Below, piece after piece: positions 1-8,891 of a stretch of DNA of 64,000 bases. The stretch lies in NCBI GenBank assembly GCA_018920305.1, contig JAHLMO010000001.1, positions 11,473 to 75,472 of the forward strand, given 5' to 3'. How positions within the stretch are numbered: the stretch's first letter is position 1; every line of letters begins with the position of its first letter. The translations under genes and the position numbers were made by a program. The notes under the pieces are model-generated. The model saw nothing but the letters and a program-made list of their open reading frames with translations, made no database searches and was not told where the DNA came from. The DNA is from Candidatus Aenigmatarchaeota archaeon. Its GTDB lineage: Archaea; Aenigmatarchaeota; Aenigmatarchaeia; CG10238-14; SpSt-28.

Positions 1-606
1 ATCTAAAATCTTTAAAGCAAAGGATTTTATAAATTCTAATAATTCGTCACTTACTTCACTTCCAACACTTTTTAAAGCTAATTCTTTATCTACACTTTCT
101 CTTTTTGGATTTTTTGCTAGATTTTTAACAAATTTTTCTAATGAAGTTTCTTTTTCGACATATTCTGGAAAATATATTTGATAAATTCTTCTTAACCTTT
201 CTACCAATAAATTGATAATTTTTTCATTATCTTCTATCGCTTGAATTAATTGAGAAATTATTCTATCTAATACTCTTTGCTCAGCCTCTAATTTTAATAA
301 TTTTTCACTAATTTTTTTACTTCTTTCAATAATTTCTTCTCTCGAAATTTTCAAATTATTTACTAGAAAATTTAAAATTGTTTCACTAAAATCTTTTGGT
401 TCATACTTATAACCAAATTTTGGGTATGTAAAAATAATTTCTTCGCCTAAATCTTTAATAAATTCTTTTTCAAAATCACTTAATTCTTGTTTTTTAATTT
501 CTAAAATTAAATTTATTTGATTTTCATCAAAGAGTTTATACTTTACTATTTCGTTTTTTTCATTAATTGCATAAATTCCTATTGCATTTATTGAAATGTA
601 TATCAT
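1..606 (-). CDS. nop5: Nop5 (Nop56/58) box C/D sRNP protein, 3' end beyond window edge
   Basis: Manual translation from ATG at 606: MIYISINAIGIYAINEKNEIV...DRIISQLIQAIEDNEKIINLLVERLRRIYQIYFPE, matching the Nop5 coiled-coil motif; frame open to position 1; not in ORF track. Confidence 0.8.
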   Translation of the reverse strand, partial: MIYISINAIGIYAINEKNEIVKYKLFDENQINLILEIKKQELSDFEKEFIKDLGEEIIFTYPKFGYKYEPKDFSETILNFLVNNLKISREEIIERSKKISEKLLKLEAEQRVLDRIISQLIQAIEDNEKIINLLVERLRRIYQIYFPEYVEKETSLEKFVKNLAKNPKRESVDKELALKSVGSEVSDELLEFIKSFALKILD

Positions 607-634
607 AAAAATATAACAGCATAAATTTAAAATT

Positions 635-862
635 ATGGATACTCTGTTTTTAATAGGCTTAGGTTTAATTTTTATTGGAATATTCCTTATAATTTTATCA
701 GTATTTTTGAATAGTAAAAAAGAGGGAAAAAGTGAAAGTGGTTTTGTAATAGTTGTTTGGCCCTTTTTTGTTGCTGGTGGAAGTGAAAAAGTTGTACCAA
801 TTTTATTGATCTTAGCTATAATCTTATCGATTATTCTTTTCGCGTTCTTTCTCTTAAGATAG
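635..862 (+). CDS. DUF131/TIGR00304-like small membrane protein
   Basis: Two hydrophobic helices flanking KSESGFVIVVWPFFVAGGS. Confidence 0.6.
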   Translation: MDTLFLIGLGLIFIGIFLIILSVFLNSKKEGKSESGFVIVVWPFFVAGGSEKVVPILLILAIILSIILFAFFLLR

Positions 863-954
863 TTAAGTTATATAAATCAGACACATTATAACTCTAGATC
901 TACTAATGAAAAAGAGCTTAAATTTTTAAATATTAAATTTTGGCAAACTAATTT

Positions 955-2001
955 ATGAAATTTATTATAGTCAGTAGATTAGAAAAAATTAAAAATATTG
1001 ATATTGTTATAAAAGTTTTTAACAAATTAAAAGACGATGAACTCTGGATAGTAGGAAAAGGAAAATATGAAAACGAATTAAAAAAACTAGCTAAAGCAAA
1101 AAATATAAAATTTTTTGGCTTCGTTGATGAAAAAACACTAAAAAAATTGTATAAAGAAGCAGATGTATGTATAATGCCACATATTAATGAACCTTTTGGA
1201 TTAGTTCCATATGAAATAGCAAAATTTGGTAAACCAAGTATTATTAGTAAATTAAGTGGAATCGCGGAATTAGCAAAAGAATATAAATTTGGACTAATTT
1301 TTGATCCTTATGATGAAAATGATTTATTAGAAAAAATTAAAACTATAAAAATTAAGAAGATTTATAGACAACTAAGTAAAAATGCCAATAATCTTAAAAA
1401 ATATATTAATCCCAATACCGAATTTAAAAAATTTTTAGAACACATACCAAAAAATACTAAAAGAATTCTAATAATTCATTCTCAGTTCATTGAAATTGGT
1501 GGAGCAGAAAAATCAATAATAGGAATGTACGAAAAACTTAAAAGAATTTATAATTGTGAAATCTATTTTGAAATAGATAAGAATTATAAAAAATGGAAAA
1601 TTTTATATAAATCGAAAATAAGGAAAATTACGTATATCTTTAGAATTTTTAATTCATTAAGCAATTTAATTAAAAAATTTAAAAATAATGATATAGTAAT
1701 TGTTTCACTAACTGGAAATATTTTATCTATACCAGCATATTGGTCAAGTCTAATTCTTGGTAATCTCATTAATAAAAAAATTATTATTTACTTACATGAA
1801 ATACCGATAAGTTTTCGATCTCTCACAAAAATCGAAAAAATTCTACTATTTCCAATAATTTTCTTAGACATTTTATTAACAAAAGTTTTAATTCAAAATA
1901 ATTATATAATAATAGCAAATTCTAAGTTTTTAAGAAAACATTTCATAAAGAGGTATAAAAAAACTGTAAAAGACATTATATATCCAATTTTTCACTTATA
2001 A
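955..2001 (+). CDS. GT4 (GT-B) glycosyltransferase with swapped domain order
   Basis: N-half has SRLEKIKN and EPFGLVPYE donor-binding motifs; C-half starts RILIIHSQFIEIGGAEKS and has HE and IANSKF motifs of the usual N-terminal domain. Confidence 0.85.
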   Translation: MKFIIVSRLEKIKNIDIVIKVFNKLKDDELWIVGKGKYENELKKLAKAKNIKFFGFVDEKTLKKLYKEADVCIMPHINEPFGLVPYEIAKFGKPSIISKLSGIAELAKEYKFGLIFDPYDENDLLEKIKTIKIKKIYRQLSKNANNLKKYINPNTEFKKFLEHIPKNTKRILIIHSQFIEIGGAEKSIIGMYEKLKRIYNCEIYFEIDKNYKKWKILYKSKIRKITYIFRIFNSLSNLIKKFKNNDIVIVSLTGNILSIPAYWSSLILGNLINKKIIIYLHEIPISFRSLTKIEKILLFPIIFLDILLTKVLIQNNYIIIANSKFLRKHFIKRYKKTVKDIIYPIFHL

Positions 2002-2063
2002 AATTCTTTTGTTCCTTAGAGTATTAAATTTAATTTCAAATTAAAAACGTTACTGTAAAATAG

Positions 2064-2807
2064 TTAAAAGAGTTTGGATTTAAAGTATAAAATATTTACA
2101 CTATCAGGATAATCGACTAAAACAAATCCTTTAAGATCAAACCCATTTTTAATAAATTTCTTAAATATTAATCTAGAAATTTCTAACGAATGACATTCTA
2201 TAATCCATTCAGGAATTTGCTTTATTAAATCGTCATCCACAGAAACTAGAAACTTTTCACAACCTTCGCAATCTATTTTAGCTATATCCGCTTTTTCCTT
2301 AATTGCCTTTTCTAAGACTTCTTTCCAACTTATACACTTAACTTTTATTTCTTTTGGTTTGTTTACTTTATTTTTAAATAGGGATAAACCACTAGATTCA
2401 TATTCGCTTTCCTCAACTATAAATTTCATTATGCCATTTTCTTTACAAACTGCATAAGGATATATTTCGCAGTTAATATCGAATTTTCTAATAATATTAT
2501 TAGCAAATTCTACATTTTCTTTAATTGGTTCATATGCTATAATCTTTTTGGCTCCAAGCTTATAAAAAAGTAAAATGCTATCTCCTATCCATGCACCAAC
2601 ATCTAAAACAACTCTATTTTTAAATTTTATTTTAAATTTTAAGTAATCCCTTACATCAGAAAATACATATCCGCTTAATAAAGAAATTTTATTATATTTA
2701 TTGTTAAGAAAACGAACTAACTCCAAATATTCTTTAAAAATTCTGTGCTCATCTTTAAAATAAATCTTTCTGTTCTTTTTACCTAAGCGCAACCCTATAA
2801 AATTCAA
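2064..2807 (-). CDS. FkbM-family SAM-dependent methyltransferase
   Basis: VLDVGAWIGD, AYEP, KIDCEGCE motifs; start codon uncertain. Confidence 0.85.
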   Translation of the reverse strand: MNFIGLRLGKKNRKIYFKDEHRIFKEYLELVRFLNNKYNKISLLSGYVFSDVRDYLKFKIKFKNRVVLDVGAWIGDSILLFYKLGAKKIIAYEPIKENVEFANNIIRKFDINCEIYPYAVCKENGIMKFIVEESEYESSGLSLFKNKVNKPKEIKVKCISWKEVLEKAIKEKADIAKIDCEGCEKFLVSVDDDLIKQIPEWIIECHSLEISRLIFKKFIKNGFDLKGFVLVDYPDSVNILYFKSKLF

Positions 2808-2848
2808 CAGGTTATTTATTACATACTCTTTTTTACTTATTGAGATTG

Positions 2849-3448
2849 CTACACCTTATTTTTTAATTCAATTAATTTTTCCAAAATCAAATTAATGGCT
2901 TCTTCAAATAATTCCTCTGGCTTATAAAAACTTGTTGTTTCAATATTAAAAATAAATTCTGAATCATTATAAGAATATCCGCAATTTCCTGCTTGCCATT
3001 TTGCATGCTCTTTTCCTAAACCAAGCTGAGCAATAGCTTCTAATTCTAATTCTTCGTCTTCGTTTAAATAAGTAATTGGAATTTTATCATATAATGGCTT
3101 AACTTTTTCATCACTACTTTTTAAATCTCCACTATAAACATATCCTGGTCCTTTTTTATAAAGATATAATTTTACTTGACATTTTACACAACCTTTTCCT
3201 TCACAATCGCATTTATTTGGTAAAGTATGAAAATTCTTATCAAAAGTTAGTGGAATTAAACCTAATCTATGAGCAATTGCTTCATCTGGCAAAACGCTAT
3301 CGTTTTTATAAAAATCTACCCATTCAATAGCCATCGTAGGTATTTCTGCAATTATAACTCTTCTTATTATAGCTGCAATTCCTGGAGTAATTCCCTTTAC
3401 TTTAAGCTTTATTTCATCTCTATTTTTTTCTATTACTTCAATTTCCAT
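2849..3448 (-). CDS. rpoD: DNA-directed RNA polymerase subunit D (Rpo3)
   Basis: RRVIIAEIPTMAI, NDSVLPDEAIAHRLGLIPL, GKEHAKWQ. Confidence 0.95.
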   Translation of the reverse strand: MEIEVIEKNRDEIKLKVKGITPGIAAIIRRVIIAEIPTMAIEWVDFYKNDSVLPDEAIAHRLGLIPLTFDKNFHTLPNKCDCEGKGCVKCQVKLYLYKKGPGYVYSGDLKSSDEKVKPLYDKIPITYLNEDEELELEAIAQLGLGKEHAKWQAGNCGYSYNDSEFIFNIETTSFYKPEELFEEAINLILEKLIELKNKV

Positions 3449-3479
3449 AAACTATTTCATTTAAACTTTAAATAATTAT

Positions 3480-3595
3480 GCGGGGGTCGCCTAGCCTGGG
3501 CAAGGGCGGCGGGCTCAAGATAGAATTGAGCTTTGAATAATGATAAGAAACCCGCTGGCTTAGTGCCTTCGTGGGTTCAAATCCCACCCCCCGCA
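3480..3595 (+). tRNA. tRNA-Leu(CAA) with ~30-nt intron at 37/38 (about 3520-3549)
   Basis: Acceptor GCGGGGG/CCCCCGC-A, anticodon stem GCGGG/CCCGC with CT-CAA-G, long variable arm, GTTCAAATC T-loop. Confidence 0.9.
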
Positions 3596-3618
3596 AATTA
3601 TTCAAATTTTTTATATTT

Positions 3619-4098
3619 CTATATTTCTATGTTTTTAATTAAATAATAAGCTAAATGTGTTTTCAAATCTTTAGATTCTTTCAGTTTTTCTACATCAAAA
3701 ATTCTTATTTCTTTAATTTCTTTTCTATTAAAATCTCTAACTTTTTTCAAATCGTATGCCAAGAAAAAATAAAACTTTTCATTAGAAATTCCAGGAGTAA
3801 CATAAAAACTTCCAATTTTTTTAATTTTTCCAATATAGCCAGTTTCTTCTAACAATTCTCTTTTAGCAGCTATATATTCGCTTTCGTTCCTTTCTATTTT
3901 TCCAGCAGGTAATTCCCACAAGTTTTTTCTAATAGGAAATCTATACTGTTTAACTAAAATTACCTTATTTTTATCTATTAAAGGTATTATTACAACAGCT
4001 TTAGAAACTTTTATAAATTCTATAGTTTTGTTTTCTAATTCATAAACAAAAAAAGAAATTTTATTACCTTCAAATTTTAATTTTAGAAATTTTTTCAT
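3619..4098 (-). CDS. NUDIX hydrolase (ADP-ribose pyrophosphatase-like)
   Basis: Nudix box GKIERNESEYIAAKRELLEETG; KQYRFP. Confidence 0.9.
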   Translation of the reverse strand: MKKFLKLKFEGNKISFFVYELENKTIEFIKVSKAVVIIPLIDKNKVILVKQYRFPIRKNLWELPAGKIERNESEYIAAKRELLEETGYIGKIKKIGSFYVTPGISNEKFYFFLAYDLKKVRDFNRKEIKEIRIFDVEKLKESKDLKTHLAYYLIKNIEI

Positions 4099-4502
4099 TT
4101 TTTACCTAAAATTTCTATTATAACTTTTCTTTCTCTGCTTCTATCTAATTCGATAAGTAATATTCTTTGCCAAGTACCTCTTATTAACTCACTATCTTTT
4201 ATTGGAAAAATTAAGAACTGTTTTAAATAGGAAGATGCTAAATGTGCTGATGCATTATCATCTATAAAATTATGTCTCCAATTACCTTCAAAATCTTTTT
4301 TTATTTTTTCAATTATATCTTCTTTTAAATTTTCCTCGTTTTCATTAGCTATTAAGCAAGTAGTTGCATGTGGTAAAAATATTAAGCAAATTCCCTCTTT
4401 AATATTTGAATTCCTTACAAAATTTTCTACTTCATTAGTTAAATCTACTATTTCATATTTTCTTTTTGTTTTAATGGTAAATTCTTTAAAAATAATTTCC
4501 AT
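4095..4502 (-). CDS. YjbQ/UPF0047 family protein
   Basis: PHATT, NENE, DNASAH, GTWQRILLIELD motifs. Confidence 0.9.
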   Translation of the reverse strand: MEIIFKEFTIKTKRKYEIVDLTNEVENFVRNSNIKEGICLIFLPHATTCLIANENEENLKEDIIEKIKKDFEGNWRHNFIDDNASAHLASSYLKQFLIFPIKDSELIRGTWQRILLIELDRSRERKVIIEILGKK

Positions 4503-4511
4503 AAAAATTTA

Positions 4512-5387
4512 ATGAAGTTAGAAGAATATTTTGAAGAATATAAAAAGAGATTTGATAAACTAAAGAAAATTTCAGAAGAAGTTTGGAATTATATTGATAA
4601 GAATATAGAAAATGCTAATATATTAGAATTAGCAAAAAATATAGAAGAAAAAATAAAAGAATTAGGAGCAAAGCCAGCTTTTCCTGTAAATATTTCAATT
4701 AATGAAATCGCCGCCCATTATACGCCAGAGGAAAATTTCTACATAGATTTAGAAAAACATATGGTAAAAATAGATTTTGGAATTCATATAGATGGTTATA
4801 TTTTTGATACTGCAAAAACATACTATAAAGGAATTCATCAAGAAATTATAGAAGCAACAAAAAAAGCCTTTGAAGAGAGTTTAAAAGAAATAAAAAGCGG
4901 AAATAAAATAAATATTCCTGGAAAAATCGTAGAAGAAATTGCTAGCGAATATAAATTAAAACCTATAAGAAATTTAGGCGGACATGGATTAGGATATTTT
5001 AAAATTCATGATAAACCTAGTATATTAAATACATTTTTTAAAACAGAAGAAGAGTTTATAAGTGGAATGCCGATTGCTTGGGAAGTTTTTATAACAAACG
5101 GAAATGGATATGTAAAAGATAGTTATCCAGCTTTAATATTTGAAATCAAAAACATAGATAAAATAAATTTGATTAGAGTCGCAGAATTGAGAAAAATAAT
5201 AGAACATGCTTATAAAGAATTTAAAACTTTACCTTTTGCAAAAAGATGGCTAAATTTTGAAAAAAATTTAGTTGAATTAGCAATTAATGAAGGTGTAAAG
5301 AAAGATATAATATATGAATATTCTGTTTTAAAAGAATCTAAAAATTCTTTTGTTGCTCAATTTGAAACTACTATTATAGTAGAATAA
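4512..5387 (+). CDS. map: Type II methionine aminopeptidase
   Basis: AFPVNISINEIAAHYTP, KIDFGIHIDGYIFDTA, GGHGL, AQFETT. Confidence 0.95.
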   Translation: MKLEEYFEEYKKRFDKLKKISEEVWNYIDKNIENANILELAKNIEEKIKELGAKPAFPVNISINEIAAHYTPEENFYIDLEKHMVKIDFGIHIDGYIFDTAKTYYKGIHQEIIEATKKAFEESLKEIKSGNKINIPGKIVEEIASEYKLKPIRNLGGHGLGYFKIHDKPSILNTFFKTEEEFISGMPIAWEVFITNGNGYVKDSYPALIFEIKNIDKINLIRVAELRKIIEHAYKEFKTLPFAKRWLNFEKNLVELAINEGVKKDIIYEYSVLKESKNSFVAQFETTIIVE

Positions 5388-5819
5388 AATTAAAATTACA
5401 TATAAAATTATTGGTTGAAAAATGTTTTGAAAATTATAAAAATAGAAATCTAAATTTATTTCAAAATTTAATATTAAAAATATTTCAAAAATTATTCGAA
5501 AGAAATTTTGAAAATAAGCCAAAAATAAAAATAAAAAAATTAGCTTAAATTTTTTTCTTAATAAAAAAAACGGAAATATTAATAAAAAAGATGAAATTTT
5601 TAAACAATCTTTTGAAATTACAAATTCTATGTTATTTATATAAATTTTTTCGTTGACTCTAGTTATTTCAGAAAAATAAAAATTTAAGAATTTTTCGATG
5701 ATCATCGCATTTAAAATTTGAAAATAAAAAATATCTAAATAATCAAAAAGATAAACTAAGAATATTCCTATACTTAACGATATTAATATTTCAAAATACT
5801 TAGTAATTTTTCTTTCCAT
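5328..5819 (-). CDS. Archaeosortase/exosortase-family membrane protein (divergent)
   Basis: Multi-TM protein with FVISKDC and QNFFRII, resembling the Cys and Asn-x-x-Arg motifs of the family. Confidence 0.5.
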   Translation of the reverse strand: MERKITKYFEILISLSIGIFLVYLFDYLDIFYFQILNAMIIEKFLNFYFSEITRVNEKIYINNIEFVISKDCLKISSFLLIFPFFLLRKKFKLIFLFLFLAYFQNFFRIIFEIFLILNFEINLDFYFYNFQNIFQPIILYVILILFYYNSSFKLSNKRIFRFF

Positions 5820-6736
5820 TTGTTTTTTAAATACTCTAATTTAATTTTTCCAATTTTTTCATATTTTGATGTATCATCAAAAATTAATTTGAAGTTCCAG
5901 ATATTTTCTATATTTTTATCAGTTATTACAAATTCAACTCCTAAATTCTCTATTATATAAAATTTTTCTATTTGATTTGATACAATAGCGAAATTATTTA
6001 TATATTGCTTAATAATTTTTAGGAAATCTTCATTAATTTCTTCTATCTTTAAATATGGAATTTCATTATCTTCTAACTTTAATTTCAAAATTTCTATAAC
6101 AGTTTTTAAAGCTTCGTTTTCTATTTCTAATTTTCTATCTCTTACTTCTCTAAATTCAATTATCTTTCTTTCTATTATTCTTTTATTTTTTAATTCTTCA
6201 ATCAAATCTTTTAATTTTTTGTTTTCTTCTTTTAGAATTTTTATTTTTTCTACTAATCTTTTAACATCTGTTGAATTGTAACTTTTGTAATTTTTTATAA
6301 GCTCTTTATTATCTTTATCTTTATTTGAATCATTTTTTTCGATTAAATTTTTTGTCTCAACTTTTTTATTCAATAATTTTTTTCTTAAAAATTTCATAGC
6401 TACTATTGCTGAAAATATTGCATCTCTTTCATGCCAATTATTATAAGAATAATTCGATGTTAACTTTTGTTTTTTGCTTTCTCTTACATTTTCTTTAGGA
6501 TGAAAAACTTTAACTCCTAAAGACTTTGAAATTTTTATTATTTTTTTTGGAACTTTAGCTACATCACAAGAAATTAATAAAGGCTTTCCAAATTTTATTA
6601 TATCATCTATCATTTCACTTATTTTATATTCTTTTTTACTTTTTAAAAATAATACATTAAGATTTTTATCTAAAATACAAATTGCAGAAGTTGTACCGAT
6701 ATCAATACCTACAACTATTTCATTCTGAATATTCAT
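5783..6736 (-). CDS. DUF460 protein (RNase H-like N-terminus plus coiled coil)
   Basis: IVVGIDIGTTSAI, GKPLLISCDV, NWHERDA; central coiled coil. Confidence 0.8.
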   Translation of the reverse strand: MNIQNEIVVGIDIGTTSAICILDKNLNVLFLKSKKEYKISEMIDDIIKFGKPLLISCDVAKVPKKIIKISKSLGVKVFHPKENVRESKKQKLTSNYSYNNWHERDAIFSAIVAMKFLRKKLLNKKVETKNLIEKNDSNKDKDNKELIKNYKSYNSTDVKRLVEKIKILKEENKKLKDLIEELKNKRIIERKIIEFREVRDRKLEIENEALKTVIEILKLKLEDNEIPYLKIEEINEDFLKIIKQYINNFAIVSNQIEKFYIIENLGVEFVITDKNIENIWNFKLIFDDTSKYEKIGKIKLEYLKNKWKEKLLSILKY

Positions 6737-7364
6737 AATTTATTATTTTTAAGAATTTTTTAGCTCTCTTTTCGCCTAAAATATCTACTAACTTATGTTT
6801 CTCTGCATTAATAAAATTTTTTATTGATTTAAACTTTTTTAAAATTTTTTCTGCTGTTTTATATGAAACTCCAGGAAAATTAATTAAAATTGAAATTATT
6901 AATTTTTTCATTTCTTCTTGATTTTTCTTAATTTTTCTTTTAGCTTTAGGTAAAACTATAAAATCTGAGGAATATTTTTTACATATTTTTATTAATAATT
7001 TTGCAGTTTCGTAAATGTTTTCTGTAAATATTACTGAAATATTTGTAGATGCTAAAATTTTGCTTAAAATTCCATAAAAAATCTCTTTTTTATCCTCCTC
7101 TATATAACTTCCTTCTAATATTAAAATATACTTTTTAAATTCGTTTTTATTTTCTATTTGCTCGAAAATTCTTTTATCAAATGTCGAATTTAAAAAATCT
7201 TTGTATGTTTTTCTTTCAATTGCAATATCCCCTATTATAAAATCAACATTTAAATTTTCTTCAATTACATTTATTTCTTTTTCATTTTTTAAAATTTCAA
7301 TTATTTCTTTCTCTCTATAATCTGCGATTATTATTGGTTTTTGAACTAATAATTTTTGTATCAT
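6720..7364 (-). CDS. XPF/ERCC4 nuclease with HhH (nuclease half of Hef)
   Basis: ADYRE, DFII...IERKTYKDF, ILEG, C-terminal FPGVS HhH. Confidence 0.9.
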   Translation of the reverse strand: MIQKLLVQKPIIIADYREKEIIEILKNEKEINVIEENLNVDFIIGDIAIERKTYKDFLNSTFDKRIFEQIENKNEFKKYILILEGSYIEEDKKEIFYGILSKILASTNISVIFTENIYETAKLLIKICKKYSSDFIVLPKAKRKIKKNQEEMKKLIISILINFPGVSYKTAEKILKKFKSIKNFINAEKHKLVDILGEKRAKKFLKIINYEYSE

Positions 7365-8884
7365 TAGTTATTATTCATCAATTCTTTCTTTATATCCATA
7401 ATTATTTTTCTCATTCTTTTTTCTTTATGAAATGCAGACCAATAATATGCTTCGTCTCTTGTATTTTTTGTTATTAAAATTATAACTTTTCCATGTTCTT
7501 GTCTTCCAACTCTTCCTCTTCTTTGAATAGCTCTTATTTCACTAGGAACAGGCTCATAAAATATTGCATAATCTGTTTTTGGAATATCTAAACCTTCTTC
7601 TCCAACACTAGAACAAACTAATACATTATAAATTCCATGAGCAAAATTTCTAATTACTTCGGCTTGTTCTTTTTGTGTCATTCCATCATACTTATCTCTC
7701 TTTGCTTGTCCAACAAGCTTTGCAACTTTTATACCTTTTGATTTTAATTCATTATATATAAATTCTACTGTAGCTCTATAATTTGCAAAAACGATAATTT
7801 TTACATTTTGATTTTGAGAAATTAAAAATTTAATTATTTCTTCTAATTTTTCTAATTTTGGATGTGGTAATTTTTTATTAACATAATCTCTAACTATACT
7901 TTCTGCAATTTTTATTCTTATATCATTAACTAAAGCTCTTTCATATATTTTATTACTGTTTTTTAATTTTTCCAAATATTCTAAAAAATAAACAGAACTT
8001 TGAGTTTCTATTAATTCTAACAAATATTCAACTTTAATTAATTGAAGTAACTTAAACAAGATTTCTCTAAATATTTTTTTATCCAAAATTTCTGATTTTC
8101 CTAAAAATTCTTCATAGACTTTTATTAACTCTTTTTTTGTAATATCTTCGCTATTTAATATTCCTAAATTTTTTAAATTTTTTATTAATTCATTTCTAAC
8201 TTTTTCAATTTCTTCTTTAGCTCTTTTTATTTCGTTTGGTAACTCTACAGAAACAAAAATTTTTTCTATTTTTTTAATATAGGGTCTAATATCTTTATCG
8301 TATTCGCTTCTAATTTCAATATACTCTATATTCAAATGATTTTTTATTTCTTCAATTCTTTCTTTTTCACTTCCTGGAGAAGCAGTTAATGCTAATATTA
8401 AAGGAAATTTTGATTGCTCTAAATATTTTTTTGCAACATATGTATATGAATATTCTTTTACACATCTGTGAGCTTCATCAAAAATTATTAAGCTAAAATC
8501 ATTAAGATTTAATATATTTTCTTCTAAATCGTTTTGAATGGTTTGTGGAGTTGCAATTATTATTTTTGCAAATTTATATAAAAATTTTCTATCTTCTTTT
8601 GGAATTTTTCCTGTAATATCAACAATTCTATTTCTATCTATTTTAAAAAGTTTTCTAAAAGTTTCTGTATGTTGTAAAACAAGTGGTCTCGTTGGAGCTA
8701 GCATCATTATTTTGCTTTCTGGATATTTCATTAATCTATTTGCAGCAACAATTATAGCTATAATTGTTTTACCTGTTCCTGTTGGTAAAATAACTAATGA
8801 ATTTCCCTTAATAGCTGTATTAGCAATATTTATTTGATATTCTCTAATTTCAATTAGTTCTGTTCTTAATAGATCGCTTATCAT
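7364..8884 (-). CDS. hef: Hef/FANCM-like SF2 helicase (helicase half)
   Basis: REYQ, LPTGTGKT, DEAH, LTASPG, GEEGLDIP, QRRGRVGR. Confidence 0.9.
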   Translation of the reverse strand: MISDLLRTELIEIREYQINIANTAIKGNSLVILPTGTGKTIIAIIVAANRLMKYPESKIMMLAPTRPLVLQHTETFRKLFKIDRNRIVDITGKIPKEDRKFLYKFAKIIIATPQTIQNDLEENILNLNDFSLIIFDEAHRCVKEYSYTYVAKKYLEQSKFPLILALTASPGSEKERIEEIKNHLNIEYIEIRSEYDKDIRPYIKKIEKIFVSVELPNEIKRAKEEIEKVRNELIKNLKNLGILNSEDITKKELIKVYEEFLGKSEILDKKIFREILFKLLQLIKVEYLLELIETQSSVYFLEYLEKLKNSNKIYERALVNDIRIKIAESIVRDYVNKKLPHPKLEKLEEIIKFLISQNQNVKIIVFANYRATVEFIYNELKSKGIKVAKLVGQAKRDKYDGMTQKEQAEVIRNFAHGIYNVLVCSSVGEEGLDIPKTDYAIFYEPVPSEIRAIQRRGRVGRQEHGKVIILITKNTRDEAYYWSAFHKEKRMRKIIMDIKKELMNNN

Positions 8885-8891
8885 TAAATAT

